Shown here one piece after another: positions 63,501 through 64,000 of a stretch of DNA of 64,000 nt. Made by a program: the position numbers and the translations under genes. This DNA is from Euprymna scolopes (taxonomy: Eukaryota): the NCBI GenBank assembly GCA_053919585.1, contig CM132785.1. One strand, written 5' to 3'. Every line of letters starts with the position of its first letter. Position 1 is the stretch's first letter. The notes beneath the pieces are model-generated. The model was given only the letters and a program-made list of their open reading frames with translations, searched no databases and was not told the DNA's origin.

Positions 63501-64000
63501 GCAGTGTATCAGCTGATAATTGGCCTGAAGGTAAACGGTCAATGAGATCAATAACACAGAAGAAGATTGACAAAAATGATAGAAAATACACTACGTGCGT
63601 TAAGAGAAAATTGCAACCAATTTACAACAACTGACCTCCACGACCACCTCCCAAATTCTCTAGAACGTCCCTGGCTTTGCGAAGATCAGTCGATAGTTCT
63701 GGATATCTGGCAGATTCTGTTTCCAAAATTGCTTTCTCCAAGGCATTAATGTCTTTATCGTTGATAGCCAATGCCAATTGATCACGAAGTGTGTCTGGTA
63801 ATTTCACATCTGCCCAGAAAAAAGATTCCAAGCCATCAACAGAATTCAATTGCGAAGCTAACTACCAACATTACATTACAAAGAGAGTCGTATTAGAAAA
63901 CAATCAAATTCCATCGATCAACAAAAGAATGCAAATCTAACCTCCAGTGCCACCGCGTAGAATATCTGCTACACTTCTGGCCTTCTGGATATCAGCTGCC
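1..64000 (-). CDS. Internal part of one giant multi-exon gene: 49 phase 1-1 exons encoding 50 tandem ~59-aa helical repeat units (~2,900 aa in window); start and stop lie outside the window
   Basis: Complete exons are AG/GT-bounded, multiples of 3 and stop-free, and they join in frame in a strict B-A-D-C order. Resemblance to hillarin/KY-like C-terminal repeats is unverified recall. Confidence 0.9.
902..1075 (-). CDS. Repeat exon type D (174 nt)
   Basis: TAG|...GAG|GTTAG; GSLSPDTLRDQMRKASRIKDKEGLARLIDEAEAAGYPELGSDLREARKSLESLGGGRG; not in ORF track. Confidence 0.88.
1712..1897 (-). CDS. Repeat exon type A (186 nt)
   Basis: TAG|GSKTPDILKEKL...ECVAAGMPEL...DERKRR|GTTAG. Confidence 0.9.
3261..3434 (-). 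CDS. Repeat exon type B (174 nt)
   Basis: CAG|DIATSDTIRDEL...AGYPEL...LGGGRG|GTTAG. Confidence 0.9.
4537..4710 (-). CDS. Repeat exon type C (174 nt)
   Basis: CAG|GTKSSDDLKKKLDDAIKRKDKRALDRAIKECVAAGLPELDDTIHKARKISDILGGGSG|GTTAA; not in ORF track. Confidence 0.88.
5013..5192 (-). CDS. Repeat exon type D (180 nt)
   Basis: AAG|GSRSLSPGSIRDKM...AGYPEL...GGGRG|GTTAG. Confidence 0.85.
5400..5540 (+). mobile_element. RTE-clade LINE ORF C-terminal remnant
   Basis: Translates to KRDLIALGIDVNVWEELAEDRPAWRRAL, typical of the RTE ORF end. Confidence 0.7.
5650..5860 (+). mobile_element. CR1-like LINE 3' end fragment
   Basis: 'SFFP.TAKLWNSL' remnant followed by a GCCTTGTTTGGGGTGAA...AAAAA tail. Confidence 0.6.
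6458..6643 (-). CDS. Repeat exon type A (186 nt)
   Basis: CAG|GSKTPDVLKDKL...EERQRR|GTTAT. Confidence 0.88.
7911..8084 (-). CDS. Repeat exon type B (174 nt)
   Basis: TAG|DIVSTDSLREELADAITSKDIDSLEKAIADAEAAGYPELGSDLRKARDTLDKLGGGRG|GTTAG (track shows a different frame). Confidence 0.9.
8646..8819 (-). CDS. Repeat exon type C (174 nt)
   Basis: CAG|GTKSSDALKKKL...ECVAAGLPGL...DILGGGSG|GTTAG; not in ORF track. Confidence 0.88.
8956..9135 (-). CDS. Repeat exon type D (180 nt)
   Basis: AAG|GSRHLSPDSLRDQM...GGGRG|GTTAG. Confidence 0.85.
10256..10435 (-). CDS. Repeat exon type A (180 nt)
   Basis: CAG|GSKTPDVLKDKL...DGRQRR|GTTAG. Confidence 0.9.
11386..11559 (-). CDS. Repeat exon type B (174 nt)
   Basis: TAG|DIVSADALRDEL...GGGRG|GTTAG. 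Confidence 0.9.
11694..11867 (-). CDS. Repeat exon type C (174 nt)
   Basis: TAG|GTVSSDVLINKL...DIMKGGSG|GTTAG. Confidence 0.9.
12690..12869 (-). CDS. Repeat exon type D (180 nt)
   Basis: CAG|GSRSVTPDVLRDQL...GGGRG|GTTAG. Confidence 0.9.
12995..13330 (+). mobile_element. Degraded CR1-like LINE 3' fragment
   Basis: 'FYKYFHG.CSSEL' and 'FP...N.EKFK..IN' remnants. Confidence 0.55.
14491..14676 (-). CDS. Repeat exon type A (186 nt)
   Basis: CAG|GSKTPDVLKDKL...DNHFHR|GTTAG. Confidence 0.9.
15900..16073 (-). CDS. Repeat exon type B (174 nt)
   Basis: CAG|DVVSADTLREEL...AGYPELGSELRKARDTLDALGGGRG|GTTAG (track shows a different frame). Confidence 0.9.
16661..16834 (-). CDS. Repeat exon type C (174 nt)
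   Basis: CAG|GTKSPDALMKKL...DCVAAGLPGL...GGGSG|GTTAG; not in ORF track. Confidence 0.88.
17229..17408 (-). CDS. Repeat exon type D (180 nt)
   Basis: TAG|GSRSVTPEVLREQI...AGYPELATDL...GGGRG|GTTAG; not in ORF track. Confidence 0.88.
18070..18350 (+). mobile_element. 5S-rRNA-derived pseudogene or SINE3-like copy (5S-like head ~18070-18183 plus unrelated body)
   Basis: ACACCGGTTCTCGTTAGATCAC...GGTGACC...GGAATGCCGAGCTCTGTATGC aligns by eye to metazoan 5S rRNA with many substitutions. Confidence 0.6.
18640..18915. repeat. 42-bp minisatellite (~6 degenerate copies)
   Basis: Unit ACGAGACGTTACATTGTTTATGTAAACATTACATAACTTTAG. Confidence 0.85.
19086..19271 (-). CDS. Repeat exon type A (186 nt)
   Basis: CAG|GSKTPDVLKDKL...DDHYLR|GTCAG. 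Confidence 0.88.
21447..21620 (-). CDS. Repeat exon type B (174 nt)
   Basis: CAG|DIVSADTLREEL...GGGRG|GTTAG. Confidence 0.9.
22654..22827 (-). CDS. Repeat exon type C (174 nt)
   Basis: CAG|GTKSPDALIKKL...ECVASALPEL...GGGTG|GTTAG; only its antisense ORF is in the track. Confidence 0.88.
23179..23358 (-). CDS. Repeat exon type D (180 nt)
   Basis: TAG|GSRSVSPDTLRCQI...AKYPELRPDL...GGGQG|GTTAG. Confidence 0.87.
24353..24538 (-). CDS. Repeat exon type A (186 nt)
   Basis: TAG|GSKTPEGLREKL...DEHLHR|GTTAG. Confidence 0.88.
26847..27020 (-). CDS. Repeat exon type B (174 nt)
   Basis: TAG|DVATSESLRSRL...INGGGRG|GTTAG. Confidence 0.88.
28125..28240 (+). pseudogene. Degenerate 5S-rRNA-derived sequence
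   Basis: GTTCCCGTTAGATCAGAGAATTTAAGCGATGT...TACTTGATGGGTAACC...GAATAC resembles the 5S A box and C box. Confidence 0.6.
28637..28810 (-). CDS. Repeat exon type C (174 nt)
   Basis: TAG|GTKSPEALIRKL...ECVAAGLPEL...DILLGGTG|GTTAG; not in ORF track. Confidence 0.88.
29084..29263 (-). CDS. Repeat exon type D (180 nt)
   Basis: CAG|EFRTFSPRSLRAQM...AEYPEL...LGVGRG|GTTAG. Confidence 0.87.
29600..30190. mobile_element. Foldback element of the same family (related internal sequence at ~39600-40070)
   Basis: Inverted termini TATTATTTGGATTATT / AATAATCCAAATAATAC; internal GTCGAACT...GAAATT.C.AA..GAACT..TTAT...ATCCA.G.AGG shared with ~39690-39810. Confidence 0.55.
30340..30525 (-). CDS. Repeat exon type A (186 nt)
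   Basis: TAG|GSKTAESLRAKL...ECIASGMPEL...DDRPPK|GTCAG. Confidence 0.87.
30885..31267. mobile_element. hAT-like MITE
   Basis: Termini TAGTGTTGGGACGA / TCGTCCCATCACTA; subterminal AATCG repeats; flanks TAAGAAAT / CAAGAGAT (6/8 match). Confidence 0.55.
31680..32295 (+). mobile_element. LINE 3' fragments interrupted by a MITE-related segment
   Basis: Degraded 'HRRDVASL..FHGKCS.EL' coding remnant; same CCCTTATCCTCGAGT tail ending at ~32293. Confidence 0.7.
32630..32745 (+). pseudogene. Highly degenerate 5S-like sequence
   Basis: CTGGTTCT...TTAAGCAA...TTAGTGCTTCGATGGGTGA...GGGATATC. Confidence 0.4.
33652..33825 (-). CDS. Repeat exon type B (174 nt)
   Basis: TAG|DIKSSETLKKKLADAIKSKDIDSLQKAIQDAEDAGYPEL...GGGRG|GTTAG (track shows a different frame). 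Confidence 0.88.
34571..34744 (-). CDS. Repeat exon type C (174 nt)
   Basis: CAG|GSKSPDVLRKKL...GGGAG|GTTGG. Confidence 0.87.
35675..35854 (-). CDS. Repeat exon type D, divergent core (180 nt)
   Basis: TAG|GLHPASTDTLRDKLQEAMKTKDRRNLERLIDEAERAGSSELASDLREAKNTLERLRGGRE|GTTAG; not in ORF track. Confidence 0.85.
36677..36853 (-). CDS. Repeat exon type A (177 nt)
   Basis: TAG|GSKSPDVLRDKLRAAIRDGTKDDLESAISECVAAGMPEL...DEYQSG|GTCAG; not in ORF track. Confidence 0.87.
37558..38100 (-). mobile_element. Non-autonomous Helitron-like element
   Basis: Minus-strand 3' end CCCCGTGGAA..CTACGGGG hairpin plus CTAG; TC-like 5' end near 38090; internal sequence shared with ~55330-55450 and ~55820-55990. Confidence 0.5.
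38713..38886 (-). CDS. Repeat exon type B (174 nt)
   Basis: CAG|DIKTADDIQDQL...GGGRG|GTTAG. Confidence 0.9.
39023..39435 (-). mobile_element. Non-autonomous Helitron-like element
   Basis: Minus-strand 3' end CCGGGCAATGTCGGG hairpin plus CTAG. Confidence 0.45.
41488..41661 (-). CDS. Repeat exon type C (174 nt)
   Basis: CAG|GSKSPEMLREKL...GGGTG|GTCAG. Confidence 0.88.
42426..42598 (-). CDS. Repeat exon at D position (acceptor hidden in N gap)
   Basis: ...FTSPETLRDQL...AGYPEL...LGRGRG|GTTAG; 5' end lies in gap 42599-42775. Confidence 0.82.
43044..43229 (-). CDS. Repeat exon type A (186 nt)
   Basis: CAG|GSKTPEMLREKL...ECLAAGMSEL...GQRRR|GTCAG. Confidence 0.87.
43897..44023. repeat. 27-bp perfect minisatellite (4 full copies plus a partial) next to an (AT)n tract
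   Basis: Unit TGATAGAAAATCAAGTATTATATATAA starting at 43897, 43924, 43951, 43978 and 44005. Confidence 0.9.
44515..44925. mobile_element. Penelope-like terminal repeats in inverted and tandem arrangement with degenerate hammerhead cores
   Basis: 44515-44612 is the reverse complement of 44700-44765 and 44820-44925; cores resemble C(T)GAAGA...GAAAC. Confidence 0.5.
45436..45609 (-). CDS. Repeat exon type B (174 nt)
   Basis: CAG|DVRSSQTLQDQL...GGGKG|GTCAG. Confidence 0.87.
45794..46089. mobile_element. MITE with long inverted termini, Merlin-like
   Basis: TIRs GG(T/C)ACTTCTGTATTTATGAA; 8-bp flanks TAATAAAG / AAATAAAG (7/8 match, probable TSD); GGNRM terminus fits Merlin. Confidence 0.7.
46260..47135. 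mobile_element. Foldback element with Penelope-like hammerhead termini; contains the nested 5S-SINE
   Basis: Minus 46341-46380 CTGAAGAAGGTC...GATTGAAA; inverted partner at 47015-47135. Confidence 0.5.
46500..46756 (-). mobile_element. 5S-rRNA-derived SINE-like copy (5S-like head ~46640-46756 plus GC-richer body)
   Basis: Minus strand ACACACCGGTTCCCGTTAGATCAGCGAAGTTAAGCAATG...AGTAC...GGAATTC...GTGCTGTATG matches 5S over its full length. Confidence 0.7.
47219..47392 (-). CDS. Repeat exon type C (174 nt)
   Basis: TAG|GSETVAALQAKL...ECVSVGMPEL...RGGTG|GTTCG. Confidence 0.86.
49588..49944 (-). CDS. Fused double-repeat exon A+D (357 nt)
   Basis: TAG|GTISSVDLQKKL...AGMPEL...EASSA-GMVTSCRPDVL...ARFPEL...GGGRG|GTTAG; no intron at the unit junction (~49770). 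Confidence 0.86.
52906..52968. repeat. (GT)n microsatellite; representative of many (AT)n/(GT)n tracts (e.g. ~3080, 6245, 9920, 16910, 19935, 24110, 35595, 41975, 47800, 60520)
   Basis: Seen directly. Confidence 0.95.
53382..54757 (+). mobile_element. 5'-truncated, inactive CR1/L2-group LINE (reverse transcriptase and 3' tail)
   Basis: QYGFR, ALDISKAF, GVP*GS (TAG at 53719-53721 in place of Q), IYADD at ~53800, frameshifts, A-rich 3' end. Confidence 0.9.
54763..55115. mobile_element. Foldback/MITE-like element
   Basis: ~100-bp imperfect inverted repeats at ~54763-54870 and ~55015-55115. Confidence 0.5.
55494..55815 (-). mobile_element. Inverted 3' fragment of the same LINE family
   Basis: Reverse complement matches ~54435-54752. 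Confidence 0.85.
56041..56203. mobile_element. Short retroposed insertion with a perfect 17-bp target-site duplication
   Basis: CTTATTTGTTTAATGTA at 56024-56040 and 56204-56220. Confidence 0.7.
56483..56656 (-). CDS. Repeat exon type B (174 nt)
   Basis: CAG|DLKSATNLRENL...AAYPEL...GGGRG|GTTCG. Confidence 0.86.
56960..57200 (-). mobile_element. Degraded CR1-like LINE 3' fragment
   Basis: Minus strand gives 'HRRDVASLS..YKYY', 'CSSEL' and 'FPRTA.L.NSL'-like remnants. Confidence 0.55.
58004..58177 (-). CDS. Repeat exon type C (174 nt)
   Basis: AAG|GLKSPESLRAQL...ECVSVGMPEL...RGGSG|GTGCG. Confidence 0.84.
59508..59687 (-). CDS. Repeat exon type D (180 nt)
   Basis: TAG|ETPVTSVSALRDEL...ASYPEL...GGGRG|GTTAG. 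Confidence 0.87.
59985..60520 (+). mobile_element. Two tandem LINE 3'-end fragments (same or sister family)
   Basis: ...CTTCCCAGCTGACTACAAT...CCCTTATCCTCGAGTG...TGTAAAAAA tail shared with the 53-54 kb LINE. Confidence 0.75.
60948..61121 (-). CDS. Orphan, highly diverged Cys-type repeat exon (174 nt)
   Basis: TAG|DKPSHEALPEKVVTATETVKNKLDRPLKECTSSDLPEFERDIKRARGALSGMEYVPLE|GTGTG; open, exact unit length; not in ORF track. Confidence 0.68.
61255..61431 (-). CDS. Repeat exon type A (177 nt)
   Basis: TAG|GKLSADTLIDQL...QSESAGMPEL...DDTSNR|GTGTG. Confidence 0.86.
61547..61720 (-). CDS. Repeat exon type B (174 nt)
   Basis: CAG|DVKLPDTLRDQL...ARYPEL...GGGRG|GTCAG. Confidence 0.87.
61853..62026 (-). 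CDS. Repeat exon type C (174 nt)
   Basis: TAG|GKKDIDSLRRRLDEAMKAKDRTVLDKVICECVSAGMPELAADIQKARSVADILHGGTG|GTTAG; not in ORF track. Confidence 0.87.
62154..62333 (-). CDS. Repeat exon type D (180 nt)
   Basis: CAG|ETVLVSPEGLRTRL...ACLPEV...GGGRG|GTTAG. Confidence 0.86.
63348..63524 (-). CDS. Repeat exon type A (177 nt)
   Basis: CAG|GQLSADTLRDQL...QCVSAGMPEL...ETPKR|GTGGG. Confidence 0.86.
63636..63809 (-). CDS. Repeat exon type B (174 nt)
   Basis: CAG|DVKLPDTLRDQL...GGGRG|GTCAG. Confidence 0.87.
63942..64000 (-). CDS. Repeat exon type C (5' part outside window)
   Basis: ...AADIQKARSVADILRGGTG|GTTAG. Confidence 0.83.

Larger units (their letters stand above)
61500..64000. repeat. Near-identical paralogous blocks ~61500-61910 and ~63590-64000 (offset 2089 bp), introns included
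   Basis: Direct comparison; both C-B introns are 132 nt. Confidence 0.9.

Noticed and set aside
884-63749. Plus-strand ORFs overlapping the exons (e.g. 884, 1658, 1720, 6538, 14482, 22659, 41493, 49617, 61445, 63567)
   Set aside because: Antisense shadows of the coding exons; frames and boundaries are inconsistent between copies.
1707-63849. The 60-100 aa minus-strand ORFs ending in GGGRGG* as an array of separate small genes
   Set aside because: Their starts are non-conserved intronic codons (often TTG/GTG). Homology begins exactly after an AG acceptor and the stop lies inside a GT donor, so they are exons.
1-64000. CRISPR-like or DGR-like repeat/spacer system with the RT at 53-54 kb as its enzyme
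   Set aside because: The repeats are diverged protein-coding exons in eukaryotic DNA. The RT is a truncated CR1-type LINE with a stop codon and frameshifts, and it has dispersed 3' fragments.
1-64000. Dscam-style mutually exclusive splicing through docking/selector pairing
   Set aside because: I found no shared complementary selector sequence by eye, and the strict B-A-D-C order argues for concatenation. It is not formally excluded without a computational complementarity search and RNA data.
1-64000. Assigning a gene symbol (hillarin/KY, spectrin, ankyrin, TPR, ubiquitin-like)
   Set aside because: No diagnostic domain lies in the window. Unit length and consensus do not fit spectrin, ankyrin, TPR or beta-grasp folds, and the hillarin similarity is unverified recall.

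Overview
AT-rich animal genomic DNA (long (AT)n/(GT)n microsatellites, CR1- and RTE-type LINE debris; a mollusc, possibly a cephalopod, is my inference) with eight short N gaps. The whole window lies inside one minus-strand gene that extends past both edges. Reading splice sites by hand gives 49 small exons (two cut by the window edges, one with its 5' end in a gap). Together they hold about 8.7 kb of coding sequence, or about 2,900 aa. Every complete exon is AG/GT-bounded, a multiple of 3 long (174-186 nt; one fused 357-nt exon) and phase 1-1. Each encodes one 58-62 aa predicted helical-hairpin unit with an E(C/A)xxAG(M/L/Y)PEL core. The 50 units follow a strict B-A-D-C super-repeat (12 copies) in which Tyr-type (GYPEL...GGGRG) and Cys-type (ECxAAG(M/L)PEL) units alternate. 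The short minus-strand ORFs in the track are these exons, and several exons are missing from the track. Candidate new system: a splice-tunable modular repeat protein. None of the 48 visible donors has A at +3, and 32 place an in-frame stop right after the exon (G|GT TAG/TAA). RBFOX-type GCATG motifs recur about 65-80 nt upstream of A exons and just downstream of many B/D exons in otherwise diverged introns. Array evolution is visible as an intron loss, an orphan diverged exon and a gene-conversion mosaic. Introns carry dead LINEs, 5S-rRNA-derived SINE-like copies, Penelope-type hammerhead-like foldback elements, MITEs and minisatellites. The protein's identity is not established. From memory it may resemble C-terminal repeats of molluscan hillarin/KY-like proteins, which I have not verified.
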